A stretch of 62,103 nt of DNA, the filler included, from Dehalococcoidia bacterium (lineage in GTDB: Bacteria > Chloroflexota > Dehalococcoidia > DSTF01 > RBG-16-68-14), in assembly GCA_040882355.1 (NCBI GenBank). It is 3 parts of 3 records of this genome, joined end to end, with 100 filler letters (N's around TTAATTAATTAA, not from the genome) between each part and the next. Parts side by side here need not be neighbours in the genome. Positions count along the whole stretch, not along the records: positions 1 to 26,707 come from JBBEBM010000038.1; 2 more parts are not named here. One strand, written 5' to 3'. The position numbers and the translations under genes are program-made. The notes beneath the pieces are model-generated. The model made no database searches. It worked only from the letters and a program-made list of their open reading frames with translations, and was not told where the DNA came from. Positions 1 through 10,411 of the stretch are shown one piece after another (positions within the stretch are counted from its first letter, which is position 1; every line of letters begins with the position of its first letter).

Positions 1-56
1 CTTCGCTGCGCTCCCTTCGCTGCGCTCCCTTCGCTGCGCTCCCTTCGCTGCGCTCG
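1..56 (+). repeat. Tandem repeat, 4 x 14-bp CTTCGCTGCGCTCC (last copy ends in G), at contig edge
   Basis: Directly visible; runs into AGGGCAGGCTCAGGGCAGGC, resembling interspersed REP-like repeats. Confidence 0.9.
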
Positions 57-65
57 AGGGCAGGC

Positions 66-173
66 TCAGGGCAGGCCTCTCCCCGAGGGAGAGGGGACGT
101 GGGCGCGGCCCACGACCGTTGTTGCGCGAAACGTGTCATTACGTTTTGCAAAAGCGGCCTTTTTCGTGGACAT
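66..173 (-). CDS. Possible 35-aa small protein (MSTKKAAFAKRNDTF...)
   Basis: AGGAGGTGA Shine-Dalgarno at 190-182, 8 nt before ATG; the 3' part runs through a repeat, so doubtful. Confidence 0.25.
   Translation of the reverse strand: MSTKKAAFAKRNDTFRATTVVGRAHVPSPSGRGLP
76..94. repeat. REP-like palindrome CCTCTCCC-CGA-GGGAGAGG
   Basis: Perfect 8-bp inverted repeat. Confidence 0.6.
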
Positions 174-557
174 AACGTGAATCACCTCCTCGTGTCGAAT
201 CCAGCACACCGGCGCTGAGTGCCGCATGCCCTCGCGGTATTGTCGAGTGTGAGGATACGGGCGCGGCGGGAGAGCGCGAAGAGGCGGGTGGCGCGGGGTG
301 GCCGCGCGCGCGTCCACTGGGCGTCGCGAGTACGCCCCCGCGTCCTCGATCTATCCGCAGTCGGAGCAACTCCTGCCTCGACGACAGACTTGCTCGGCGC
401 CGCTCGAACTGCTGCTATGCCGACATAGTGTAGCGCCTCGGCACGCTCTCCAACGTCACGCCTGCCTGGTATACTGAGACCCCGCAGTCGGCGGCCCAAA
501 CTGCCGGCGGGGATCATAACGAACCCTGGCTCTCTCTCAGGCCAGACGGGGGGCGTG

Positions 558-3500
558 ATGCCGATCGATGCGACAGACGGCCCGGGCAGTACCAGGGCAG
601 GCGCGCCCGTTGAGCCCAAGACGTTCGCCTCCGGACGATTCGTCGTGAAGCGCCTCCTGGGTGAGGGCGGACAGAAGACCGTCTATCTAGCTCGCGATAC
701 GCAGTTGAACCGCAACGTCGCCATCGGCTCCATCAAGACCCACGGTCTGGACGAGGCGGGCATCGCCCGCGTGCGCCGCGAGGCGCAGACCCTGGCCGGG
801 CTCGGCGCGCAGCCGCACATCGTCACGATGTACGACATCGGGCAGGAGCAAGGGCCCGACGGGCGGCCGGTTCCCTACCTCGTGTGCGAGTACGTCGCGG
901 GCGGCGATCTGGAGCGCGAGCTGCGCCAGGCGGGCGGGCCGCTGCCGCTGGAGCGGGTGCTGGCCATCGGCCAGGACCTGTGCCGGGCGCTCGAAGTTGC
1001 CCATGGCCGGGGCATCCTGCATCGCGACATCAAGCCGGGGAACGTCTGGCTGACACAGGAGGGCCACGCCAAGCTGGGCGACTTCGGGCTGGCGGTAGCG
1101 CTGGGCCAGTCCCGCCTGACAGAGGCGGGCAGCGTCATGGGGACGGCGTCGTACATGCCGCCGGAGCAGGCGCTGGGGACGGAGGTGGACGTTCGCGGCG
1201 ACCTCTACGCGCTCGGCTGCGTGCTGTACGAGCTGGTCACCGGGCGGCCGCCGTTCCTTGGCGACGACGCTCTCGCCGTCATCTCGCAGCACGTCAACAC
1301 CGCGCCGGTCGCGGCCTCGTGGCACCGGGCGGACCTGCCGCGCGCGCTGGACGCGCTGATCGAGCGCCTGCTGGAGAAGGCGCCGGAGGAGCGCCCCAAG
1401 AGCGCCACCGCCGTCCTCGCTGAGCTGCAGCGGGTCGGAGCGGGGGGAGTGCACACCGCCGCCGAAACCGCGCCGGCGGAACCGCGTCGTGATCTGGCGG
1501 GCGTCGAATGGGGACGGTTCGTCGGACGGCGCGAAGAGATGGACGGGCTCAAGGACGCGCTGCAGGACGCGCTGTCAGGCAACGGCTCGCTGGCGATGCT
1601 CGTCGGCGAGCCGGGCATCGGCAAGACGCGGCTCGCGGAGGAGTTTGGCGTCTACGCCGGGCTGCGCGGGGCGCAGGTGCTCTCGGGCCGCGGCTATGAA
1701 GGTGAGTCGTCGCTGCCCTACACGCCGTTCATCGAGGCGCTGCGCCAGTACACGCGCTCGCGCCCGGACGCTGAGCTCCGCACGCAGATCGGTCCCGGCG
1801 CGCCGGAGATCGCCACCCTCGTCTCCGAGATTCGCGCGCGCTTCCCCGACATCGAGGAGGCGCCGAAGCTTGACGGGGAGGCGGAGCGGCTGCGGCTCTT
1901 TGAGAGCGTGACGCAGTTCCTGCACAACGCGGCGACCGCCAACCCGGTCGTCCTGTTCGTCGACGACCTGCACTGGGCGGATAAGCCGTCGCTGCTGCTC
2001 CTGCAGCACCTGGCGCAGCGGACCGCGCGCGACAGGCTCCTCATCCTCGGCGCCTATCGCGATGTCGAGCTGGACCGCACGCACCCGCTGGCCGACGCGC
2101 TCGGGGCGCTGCGCCGCCTCCCGAACTACCGGCGCGTGCTGCTGCGCGGCCTGCTGCAGGAGTCGGTCATCGACCTGCTCACGGCGATCGACCCCAGCGA
2201 AGAAGGCGCGGCGGGACGGCAGGCGTTGGCGGCGGCGCTCCACCAGGAGACGGAGGGCAACCCCTTCTTCATCCGCGAGGTAATGGCTCACCTGATCGAG
2301 ACGGGAAAGATCGTCCACGAGAACGGCCGGTGGGTCGGGCAGGTGACCAGCATCTCGGAGCTGGGCATCCCCGAAGGCGTACGGGAGGTCGTCGGTCGGC
2401 GGCTCTCGCGCCTGAGCGAGGGCTGCAACCGCATGCTCACGCTGGCCTCGACGATGGCCGGCGGTTTCTCGTGGGACGCGCTGAAGGCGATCTGCGCCGA
2501 CGTGCCGGAGGCCGAGCTGCTCGATCTCCTCGAAGAGGCGCTGCGGGCGCAGCTCATCGCCGAGCGGCGGGGTGAAGGCGGCACGTACGACTTCACGCAC
2601 GCGCTGATCCGCCAGACGCTCTACGACGAGCTGAGCACGCCGCGGCGCGTGCTGCTGCACCGCCAGATCGGCGAGGCGCTGGAGAGCCTCTACGCGTCGA
2701 ACGTCGAGCCGCACCTGGGCGAGCTGGCGCACCACTTCTATCAGGCCGCCCCCGGCGGCGACGTGGAGAAGGCGCTCGATTACGCGAAGCGCGCGGGCGA
2801 CCGCGCGATGGCGCAGGTCGCCTGGGAGGCCGCGGCGGCGCACTACGAACGCGCGCTCGAGGCGATGGACCTGATCCCGGCCCCCGACGAGCAGGTCCGC
2901 GTGGACGTCCTGCTTGCCATGGGGCGCGCGCTCGAGATGGGCGGTGCGGACCGCTCAACCCGGCGGCCGGTCTTCCAGCTCGCGGCAGAGCTCGCGAACG
3001 GCGCCGGCGACTACGATCGATACGCCAGGGCGGCACTCGGGTTCGCCAGCCTGCTTACAACCCCCGGTGCGCTCGATGCCGAGGTGGTGCGAATGCTGGA
3101 AGAGGCCCTGCAGGTGCTTGGCCCGGCCGAGAGCGCCCTACGGGCGATGGTGCTCGCGCGGCTGGGTAACGAGCTGTCCTTCTCGGAGCAGCGCGAACGG
3201 AAGAGGCAGCTCTTGGCAGACGCGCTGCAGGTGGCGCGCCGCGTCGACGACCCGGAGACGCTCGCATACGTCCTGGCATGCGTAGTGTGGGAAGACATGG
3301 ATCTTGCTCAAGCGCTTAGCCTGGCGCGAGAACAGGTCGAGGCAGCGAGCCGCAGCGGAGACAAGTTTGCGGAACTCCGCGCACATAACGTGCTGGCCAC
3401 CCACATCCTCGCTCTGGGCGATCGGGCCGGCTTCGACCGGGCCGTCGAGGAGGAGGACCGGCTCCAGCGCGAGCTCCGAATCGTCGACGGGTGGACGGGC

Positions 3501-4847
3501 TTCCATCACGCGCTGCAGGCGCGGATGGACGGGCGGTTCGAAGAGGCTGAAGGTCTGGCGGGCCAGGCCTTTGCGGAATTGCAGCGCGAAGATCCCGAGA
3601 ACGCCGCGATGGCCATTGGGACCGTCATATCTATGCTCCGCCGGCTGCAGGGCCGGCTGCTGGAGATCGAGCCGGCGTACAAGGCCAACGCCGAGCGATA
3701 CCCGGCGATCCCGGCGTACCGCGCCGCGCTCGCCTCAATCTACAGTGAGGCAGGTCGACGGGAAGATGCGCGCTCGGCCTTCGACGAACTCGCCGAACGG
3801 GGCTTCGGCCACCTCCCCCCCGACGCCCTCTTGCCCATCACCCTGATCAACCTGGCAGACGCCTGCTGGTCACTCGGCGACGCCGCCCGCGCGCCCGAGC
3901 TCTACCGGATGCTGTTGCCCCGTGAGGGAGAGGTCGTGACAATCGGTTGGGCCAACACGTCGGCGGGCGCCGTGTCCCGCAGTCTTGGGGTCCTGGCCGC
4001 GACGATGCGCCGCTGGCAGGACGCGGAACGCCACTTCGAGGACGCCCTTCGCACGACGGCGCAGCTCGGCGACAAGCCCTGGCTGGCCCAGACGCGCGCC
4101 CAGTACGCCGCGGTGCTCCTCGCGCGCGGCGCCCCCGGCGACCGCGAGCGCGCGCTGGCGCTCCTGCAACTGGCGCTCGACGCGGCGCAGGAGATGGGGA
4201 TGAAGAAGGTCATCGAGGACTGCCTGGCGCTCAAGCTGCAGCTCCAGGGGGTGGACGTGTCCGATATGCACGGCTCCATTGGCGCCGTCGTGTCGTCCGT
4301 TGGCGTGGAGCGCCCCGACGTAAGCACGTATGCCGCCCCGGACGGCACCGTCACCATTGTGTTCACCGACATCGAAGGCTCCACCGCGCTCGCCGAACGT
4401 GTCGGCGACCAGCGCTGGATGGAGCTTCTCCGCCCGCACAACGATCTCATCGTCCGAGAAGTCCGCGGCCATGACGGTTCCGTCGTGAAATCGATCGGCG
4501 ATGGATTCATGCTCGCGTTCAGGAGTCCGCAGAACGCGCTGCGATGCACCGTCGCGGTACAGCGCGCCCTCGCTCCGAGCAATGACGGCGCGAATGACGA
4601 GGCCATCCGAGTGCGAATCGGCATCCATGCCGGAGAAGCAATCCGTGAAGCGGACGACTTCTACGGGCGAACCGTGACGCTGGCGGCGCGCATCGCGAAC
4701 GAAGCGCACGGCGGACAAATCCTGGTATCGCCGGCGATCCGGGATGCCCTAGCTGGAACGAATGAGTTTTCGTTCGGCGACGAGCGAGAGGTGGAGCTGA
4801 AAGGCTTCGCCCTGTCGCAACAGGTCATCGAGTTGCGATGGACATGA
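558..4847 (+). CDS. Ser/Thr kinase + STAND-type ATPase + TPR-like region + class III adenylate/guanylate cyclase
   Basis: LGEGG, HRDIKPGN, DFG, GTASYMPPE; Walker A GEPGIGKT, Walker B FVDDLHWAD, EGNPFF; cyclase FTDIEGST, KSIGDGFM, DFYGRTVTLAARI. Confidence 0.93.
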   Translation: MPIDATDGPGSTRAGAPVEPKTFASGRFVVKRLLGEGGQKTVYLARDTQLNRNVAIGSIKTHGLDEAGIARVRREAQTLAGLGAQPHIVTMYDIGQEQGPDGRPVPYLVCEYVAGGDLERELRQAGGPLPLERVLAIGQDLCRALEVAHGRGILHRDIKPGNVWLTQEGHAKLGDFGLAVALGQSRLTEAGSVMGTASYMPPEQALGTEVDVRGDLYALGCVLYELVTGRPPFLGDDALAVISQHVNTAPVAASWHRADLPRALDALIERLLEKAPEERPKSATAVLAELQRVGAGGVHTAAETAPAEPRRDLAGVEWGRFVGRREEMDGLKDALQDALSGNGSLAMLVGEPGIGKTRLAEEFGVYAGLRGAQVLSGRGYEGESSLPYTPFIEALRQYTRSRPDAELRTQIGPGAPEIATLVSEIRARFPDIEEAPKLDGEAERLRLFESVTQFLHNAATANPVVLFVDDLHWADKPSLLLLQHLAQRTARDRLLILGAYRDVELDRTHPLADALGALRRLPNYRRVLLRGLLQESVIDLLTAIDPSEEGAAGRQALAAALHQETEGNPFFIREVMAHLIETGKIVHENGRWVGQVTSISELGIPEGVREVVGRRLSRLSEGCNRMLTLASTMAGGFSWDALKAICADVPEAELLDLLEEALRAQLIAERRGEGGTYDFTHALIRQTLYDELSTPRRVLLHRQIGEALESLYASNVEPHLGELAHHFYQAAPGGDVEKALDYAKRAGDRAMAQVAWEAAAAHYERALEAMDLIPAPDEQVRVDVLLAMGRALEMGGADRSTRRPVFQLAAELANGAGDYDRYARAALGFASLLTTPGALDAEVVRMLEEALQVLGPAESALRAMVLARLGNELSFSEQRERKRQLLADALQVARRVDDPETLAYVLACVVWEDMDLAQALSLAREQVEAASRSGDKFAELRAHNVLATHILALGDRAGFDRAVEEEDRLQRELRIVDGWTGFHHALQARMDGRFEEAEGLAGQAFAELQREDPENAAMAIGTVISMLRRLQGRLLEIEPAYKANAERYPAIPAYRAALASIYSEAGRREDARSAFDELAERGFGHLPPDALLPITLINLADACWSLGDAARAPELYRMLLPREGEVVTIGWANTSAGAVSRSLGVLAATMRRWQDAERHFEDALRTTAQLGDKPWLAQTRAQYAAVLLARGAPGDRERALALLQLALDAAQEMGMKKVIEDCLALKLQLQGVDVSDMHGSIGAVVSSVGVERPDVSTYAAPDGTVTIVFTDIEGSTALAERVGDQRWMELLRPHNDLIVREVRGHDGSVVKSIGDGFMLAFRSPQNALRCTVAVQRALAPSNDGANDEAIRVRIGIHAGEAIREADDFYGRTVTLAARIANEAHGGQILVSPAIRDALAGTNEFSFGDEREVELKGFALSQQVIELRWT

Positions 4848-4892
4848 GCACGCGGTCCGCAGGCCGAACGCCTGACGAGTGGCGCGCCGCCG

Positions 4893-7286
4893 TCAGCCGC
4901 CGCGCTTTCGTGACACCAGCCAGGCGGTCAGCGACGTGAATACGCCCGCCATCACCGCCAGCGCCAGCCAGCGCAAGAGCAGGTCGCTCCCCCCGAATCC
5001 ACCCACATCCGCCTGATACGGGATCTTCGCCGAGATCTTCATCGCTTCCACCGACCAGTGCGTGACGGTGAGGTACGAGAGCCACTGCCCCACCGTGCCG
5101 GTGCCCGGCCCGCCGATGAAGATGAGCTGCGGGATGAGGACGATGGGCACCAGGCTCTGCGCTCTGTCCGCGCTGGTTACGGAAGCTGAAATGACGAGGC
5201 CCAGCCCGAGCGCGGCGAGCGCGGCGAGGTTCAGGCTGATCCAGATCTCGAGCGGCGCCGGCATCAGGGCGCCCGACGAAGGCAAGTCGACTTTCAGCCA
5301 GACGACGCCGAGCAAGACTGACGTCTGGAGCACGCAGAGCACGGCCAGGACCAGGAGCTTTGATGCCAAGTATGGGAGCACACGCAGGCCCGCTAGCCGT
5401 TCGCGCAGCAGGATCGGCAGCTCCTTCACGATCTCGCGCGCGGCGTTGATCGCCCCGAACCAGGTGGCCGTAGCAGCGAGCATAATCGGGAGCGCCGCGG
5501 CCAGCTTGGCGGCAGGGATGCCGAACGCCTCGGCTTGAGCGATGGCCGCCGGAGGGGGCGGCTGAAAGTCGGTGGTCTTGGCGACGAGCGTCAGGAACAG
5601 GGCGAGAACCGGCGCCTGGGCCAGCAAGATCACGAGGTTTCGACGGTCGCGCAGCATCGTTTCAACGTAGCGGGTTGCGGCGATGCGGAACTGTCGCCAG
5701 GCGGAGATACCCTGCCGAGTGCTTCCCGTGATGAACCCGAAGGGGTCCCAGTGAGTGGCAGCCTCCTCCTGCGCGACCGACACTTCCGGCGCGCCAGCGC
5801 CGCGGGAGAAGCGCGACGCCTTGAACTTCTCTTGCCACGCAACAGGATCGTCTGCCTCCACCCTTGGATAGATTTCGGCGAGATCGCTGACGCCAAAGAA
5901 CTGCAACGCCTCCGCCGGCGTGCCGGCAAAGGCCACGCGCCCGCCAGTCGCCAAGAAGACCAGCCTGTCCGCTGCCCAGAGGCTTTCGACATCGTGCGAG
6001 ATGACGATCACGGTGCTGCCCGCTTGGGCCAGGTCTTTCGTGATGGCGGTGACGCGCCGGGTCAGGCCGGGGTCTAGGCCGGAGGTCGGCTCGTCCAGAA
6101 AGAAGAGGCCGGGCCGCGAGATCAGCTCGGCAGCGATACTCGCGCGCTTCTGCTGACCACCGCTCAAGCGCCCGATCTCCACATCGCGCCGCTGATGGAT
6201 CTCCAGCTCCCGCATCACCTCATCGACGCGTTGATCGGCGTCCTCCCTGCTGACATCCGGGGGCAGCCGCAGGCGAGCTACGTAGTGCAGGGCCCGTCGA
6301 ACGGTGAGTTGCATCGGCAAGATGGTGGCCTGTGGAACGTAGCCGATGAGGGGGCGCAACGCGTCGTAGGCCCGGTAGAGATCCGCTCCGTTTACGATCA
6401 CGCGACCGGACGTGGCGGGCCGCATGCCAATCAGCGCATCCAGCAACGTGGACTTGCCGGCGCCACTGGTACCGGCGATCGCCACAAGCTCACCGGGGCG
6501 AACGCTAAAGCCGATGTGGTCGAGGATCGTCTTCCCGGAAATGACTTTGGTGATATCGTGAACATCGAGCCTGACGGCCCGGCTATCGTCGTAGTGTTCG
6601 ATCGCGCCATCGTTGTAGATGAGCTTGTACGGCCCGATGCGTACGATATCGCCGGGCTCCAGCGCGCGCTCGGCGCCGTACGCGCCGTTGACGTACGTCC
6701 CGTTCGCGCTGCCGAGATCCGACAGGAGAACGCGGCCGTTCGCGATTTCGAGTTTCGCGTGCGCACGAGACACGCTGAGGCTGGGGAGGATGATATCGTT
6801 TCCCGGCGAGCGGCCGATGGAGATGGAGCCGCCTGCCGGCAGCTTCAGCCTTTCGACGCTGACCCGCCCAGGCGATTCGTCCTTCTTGAACGCACGGGTA
6901 CCCTCTAGCGAAGCGCGCAGGTCGGCTGCGCCGAGGTCAAAGATGAGCTGAACCTCGTCCTGAGTACCGGGTGCGATGAGGAGACAGTCGCGATGTTGCA
7001 ACATATGGTCGTCGACGGGCACTCCGCGAAGCAGGGTGGGGTTGGTGCTGCCGACTTGAATAAAGCGATAGGTACGGCCTTCCCGGACAAGCCGGGCCTG
7101 AAACGCAGAGACGACGCTGGAGTCGATGCGGATATCGTTGCGCCCATCCCTTCCGACCGAGATATCGTCGTGCTCAAGGGAGAACAGCTCCTCTTCGCCG
7201 TGAGCTATGAGAACGCGGAGGACTGCGCTACCCATGCCGGCGACGTTCGAACTGCTCACTGCTTCACTCTCCCCGACCTGGTCCAC
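4893..7286 (-). CDS. FHA-FHA ABC transporter, ATPase/permease fusion (Rv1747-like architecture)
   Basis: Two FHA motifs (VGR..VSAFQA..STNPT; IGR..VSRAHA..SANGT), GTSGAGKS, LSGGQ, LDEPT, C-terminal transmembrane segments; start uncertain. Confidence 0.92.
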   Translation of the reverse strand: MDQVGESEAVSSSNVAGMGSAVLRVLIAHGEEELFSLEHDDISVGRDGRNDIRIDSSVVSAFQARLVREGRTYRFIQVGSTNPTLLRGVPVDDHMLQHRDCLLIAPGTQDEVQLIFDLGAADLRASLEGTRAFKKDESPGRVSVERLKLPAGGSISIGRSPGNDIILPSLSVSRAHAKLEIANGRVLLSDLGSANGTYVNGAYGAERALEPGDIVRIGPYKLIYNDGAIEHYDDSRAVRLDVHDITKVISGKTILDHIGFSVRPGELVAIAGTSGAGKSTLLDALIGMRPATSGRVIVNGADLYRAYDALRPLIGYVPQATILPMQLTVRRALHYVARLRLPPDVSREDADQRVDEVMRELEIHQRRDVEIGRLSGGQQKRASIAAELISRPGLFFLDEPTSGLDPGLTRRVTAITKDLAQAGSTVIVISHDVESLWAADRLVFLATGGRVAFAGTPAEALQFFGVSDLAEIYPRVEADDPVAWQEKFKASRFSRGAGAPEVSVAQEEAATHWDPFGFITGSTRQGISAWRQFRIAATRYVETMLRDRRNLVILLAQAPVLALFLTLVAKTTDFQPPPPAAIAQAEAFGIPAAKLAAALPIMLAATATWFGAINAAREIVKELPILLRERLAGLRVLPYLASKLLVLAVLCVLQTSVLLGVVWLKVDLPSSGALMPAPLEIWISLNLAALAALGLGLVISASVTSADRAQSLVPIVLIPQLIFIGGPGTGTVGQWLSYLTVTHWSVEAMKISAKIPYQADVGGFGGSDLLLRWLALAVMAGVFTSLTAWLVSRKRGG

Positions 7287-7459
7287 TTCAGTGCACGCAA
7301 GGGCCGTATTCTACCGCATTCTGCGACTTCGCCACGTGAAGGATAGACATGCGGTGACGGAGGATCGGCCCGGCGGCGGAAGCGCTGCTCGCCGAGGGCG
7401 GCGCGGGCGCGGTCCTGCGCTACTAACGTCCGACCTAGGCTGCCCTTCCGGACGCGGTT

Positions 7460-7548
7460 CGCTACGATGGGGATGGACGACCCTCAGGTCGCTGCGAGGC
7501 GACCCTAGCCCGCAAGGAGCCCGGACGGTGCACAGCTCCGGTAGCCGC
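7460..7548 (+). repeat. Degenerate copy of the acnA promoter/leader/first codons (partner 12142-12233)
   Basis: Colinear blocks CGCTACGAT, GGACG, AGGTCG..GCGAGGCGACCCTAG, CGCAAGGAGCCC, ACAGCT.CGG.AGCCGC. Confidence 0.85.
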
Positions 7549-7680
7549 CCCATACGAACCTGATCGAGCGCAGCTTCAGACTGGCGGGGCCGGAGGGAAA
7601 CGTATACCCCCCGATTATGGGCCGTTAGGAGCAAGACGCCCCCTGGCGCTATACTAGGTCTCAGGTTCGCGGAGGACGCC

Positions 7681-9507
7681 TTGTTCATTGAGAGGGTGCA
7701 GGTCGACGAAGGCTTCTTGGACAAGCTTGACTTGCATTTCGTTCCCGGCTTGAACGTGATTATCGGGGCCCGAGGATCAGGGAAGACGTCTCTGATCGAG
7801 CTCATGCGCTTCTGCATGGGACTTAGGCCCTTCGCCGAGGGCCCGCAGAAGAAGTTCCGCGAAATCGCATTGGCGGCGCTTGGGACGGGACAAGTACAGG
7901 TCACGTTTGGGCCGTCAAGTGAAGGCGTCGCAGTAACACGGACAGCTGACGAAGCAGAACCAAGGTCGACCGGCCGGGTTCCTGCCGTACTCGTCCTAGG
8001 TCAGGGGGAGATTGAATCTGTTGGCCTCGATGCTGCCGGCCGACTGCGCCTGATCGACCTATTTCGCAAGCCCAGGGGCATCTCACACGAACACGCAGCC
8101 GAAGTCGCGAACCTTCGCTCCCTGACCGTCGAAATCCAGGACCTCTCGGCAGAGCTGGCAAAAATCGACCAAGACATGTCGGAACTAGGCAACGTTACTG
8201 ATGAGCTAAGCGAAGCCGAGGCACACCAGGCGGGAATGCTCGAGTCCGTTGCTGCGACGGCGGAGGAACAAACCCGGATGCGTCAGCTCCAGGAATCCAT
8301 TGCCCAGCTCTCTGTGCGAGAGGCCGCATTCACGAGATGGTCAGCGAAACTACGCGGGCTCCAGGAACGCCTAGCGGACACCCACAGATCCATCCCTAGC
8401 ATCGATGAGTGGCCAGACGCCGCTGGTCCAGAAGACCTCCTCGCGAACGCACGATTGACACTCTCTGCGATATTCGAGGGTCTAAACGTGGTCATATCAT
8501 TGGCTGGTCGCCTCGAAGCGGATCTCAAGGCCCTTACCACAGATAATGCGACCCGTCGCATAACTCTTGACGACGAAGCGCGTCAAATACGCAGTAAGCT
8601 CAACCAGCTTCAGGAAGGTGCTGGAGCCATAGCCCGCACCATTCAAACGCTTCGCGAGCGCCTCGGTCAGTTATCAGCGCTGACCGACCTCAGAAGCCAG
8701 AAGGTTGATCGCCAACATGCAGTGCTTCAGGAAAGATCGGCGATCCTCGAACGCGTTGAGGAGGACCGGCAGCTCCGATATGAGGGGCGTCTCGATGTGG
8801 CCAATCATCTCAACGAACAACTCGGCCCACGAATCCGGGTTGATGTGCGCAAGTCCGAGCTTGACGCAGATTACACGACAGCGATTACGGCGAGCCTGAG
8901 AGGCAGCGGCCTTCACTACAGTTCTCTAGCACCCCGCCTCGCCGAGCGCCTCAGTCCCAGGGAGCTGGTCACGTCAGTGGAGGCACGGGATGCAGAATTC
9001 ATTGCCTCAACGGCCGAGATTCCCATCGACCGGGCTCACAGGGCAATCGCATTCTTGACAGAGCACACAGACGACCTAGTTACCGCCGATATAGAAGATG
9101 GGATTGACCTGAGGCTCCTCGATGGGACGGAGTATAAGTCTGACCTGTCGACTGGGCAGCGTTGTACGGTCATATTGCCTATCATTCTAGCCAATCATGG
9201 GAATATCCTCCTTGTCGATCAGCCAGAGGATAACCTGGACAATGCGTTCGTCGTTGACACGTTGATACGAGCAATCCTGGCTCGCAGCACTGATCAACTA
9301 ATCTTCGTGACGCACAACGCAAATATTCCTGTTCTCGGGGCGGCGGACCAGGTCATTGTCCTCGAATCTGATGGTAGTCGTGCGTACGCCAAACATGTGG
9401 GTCCCCTGGACGAACCTTCCACAGTCGATGCAATCACCTCCCTTATGGAAGGCGGCTTGGAAGCGTTTAGGATGCGAGCCGAATTCTACCGCCGTTTCAG
9501 AGACTGA
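7681..9507 (+). CDS. SMC/Rad50-like coiled-coil ABC ATPase
   Basis: GARGSGKT, Q-loop GQGEIE, long coiled coil, LSTGQR, LLVDQPEDNLD, VTHNANIPV; TTG start with GGAGG; TATACT at 7650-7655. Confidence 0.92.
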   Translation: MFIERVQVDEGFLDKLDLHFVPGLNVIIGARGSGKTSLIELMRFCMGLRPFAEGPQKKFREIALAALGTGQVQVTFGPSSEGVAVTRTADEAEPRSTGRVPAVLVLGQGEIESVGLDAAGRLRLIDLFRKPRGISHEHAAEVANLRSLTVEIQDLSAELAKIDQDMSELGNVTDELSEAEAHQAGMLESVAATAEEQTRMRQLQESIAQLSVREAAFTRWSAKLRGLQERLADTHRSIPSIDEWPDAAGPEDLLANARLTLSAIFEGLNVVISLAGRLEADLKALTTDNATRRITLDDEARQIRSKLNQLQEGAGAIARTIQTLRERLGQLSALTDLRSQKVDRQHAVLQERSAILERVEEDRQLRYEGRLDVANHLNEQLGPRIRVDVRKSELDADYTTAITASLRGSGLHYSSLAPRLAERLSPRELVTSVEARDAEFIASTAEIPIDRAHRAIAFLTEHTDDLVTADIEDGIDLRLLDGTEYKSDLSTGQRCTVILPIILANHGNILLVDQPEDNLDNAFVVDTLIRAILARSTDQLIFVTHNANIPVLGAADQVIVLESDGSRAYAKHVGPLDEPSTVDAITSLMEGGLEAFRMRAEFYRRFRD

Positions 9508-9508
9508 C

Positions 9509-10411
9509 GTGGACGAGGAAGCCGCGCTCGCGCTCCTTACGTCCCCAAAGGCCCATGAACGCCTTGCCGCTGCACGATACTTGGCCCGGTGCGCATCGTC
9601 AAAAAGTTACAACGCTATCTCCAATGCGAGACAAACAGAGTCCGATCGATGGGTCAGGGCATCTCTGGGTCGAGCAATCGATCGGCTAGCGTCCTCAATC
9701 GCTCAGCGTAGCATAGAACTAGTCTCTGACGACGAAGACGAGGACAGCTCCCTCGCGATAGAACTACGGTCACAGGCCGTGCAGGATGTGACAAATCTCC
9801 TTTTGCACGAGGCTACGCCCATCATCGGTGCCCTTCGCCAACGAGCCACAACGGAGGTCCCGAATTTCGCCGCCAGCCAAACGGCCAGCGCGCTTCACCG
9901 GCTCGATACATTTCTGGACGCTGTAGACGGCCTCAATCGCGCGGCGAGCCCCGCACGACGTAATGAGTTCGACCTTGCGGCTTTGTTGCGCGACATCTCT
10001 GACGAAGATGAACTTCTAGGACACATCGAGACCGAGCTGACCGGCACGACACCTCTCATCGTTATCGGCGACACTGCTCTAGTCAGACTTATAGTTTCCA
10101 ACGGACTCAGAAACGCTATCGAAGCCACCGAAGCTGTACCCACCGGTGAGAAGGAACCCGTGCTCATCAACTGGGGCGATACAGATCGCGACACCTGGAT
10201 TAGCATCCTCGACAGAGGCATTGGCCTCCCCCCTGCTCACGACAGAGTCTTCGAGATAGGATTGACAACGAAGTCTAAGGATCGCCATCTTGGAATGGGG
10301 CTGGCTCTCGCAAGACAAGCCGCCGACTCGCTGGGTGGTAGTCTGACTCTCCGCCCTAGGGATGACGCTGGCGTCGCATTCGAGCTTCGCTGGCCGCACA
10401 CACCGTCATGA
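9509..10411 (+). CDS. Cytoplasmic histidine kinase with N-terminal HEAT-like repeat
   Basis: H-box LLLHEATP, N-box SNGLRNAIEA, G1 DRGIG, VFEIGLTTK, G2 GMGLAL; GTG 1 nt after ATPase stop; no transmembrane segment. Confidence 0.88.
   Translation: MDEEAALALLTSPKAHERLAAARYLARCASSKSYNAISNARQTESDRWVRASLGRAIDRLASSIAQRSIELVSDDEDEDSSLAIELRSQAVQDVTNLLLHEATPIIGALRQRATTEVPNFAASQTASALHRLDTFLDAVDGLNRAASPARRNEFDLAALLRDISDEDELLGHIETELTGTTPLIVIGDTALVRLIVSNGLRNAIEATEAVPTGEKEPVLINWGDTDRDTWISILDRGIGLPPAHDRVFEIGLTTKSKDRHLGMGLALARQAADSLGGSLTLRPRDDAGVAFELRWPHTPS

Noticed and set aside
1..56. Tandem 14-mer as a CRISPR array
   Set aside because: No spacers, unit too short, no cas genes; may be assembly stutter at the contig edge
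9356..9508. Extended ORF-track starts (9356; also 17187, 23055, 29193, 37062)
   Set aside because: They overlap upstream genes; downstream coupled starts match the domain boundaries
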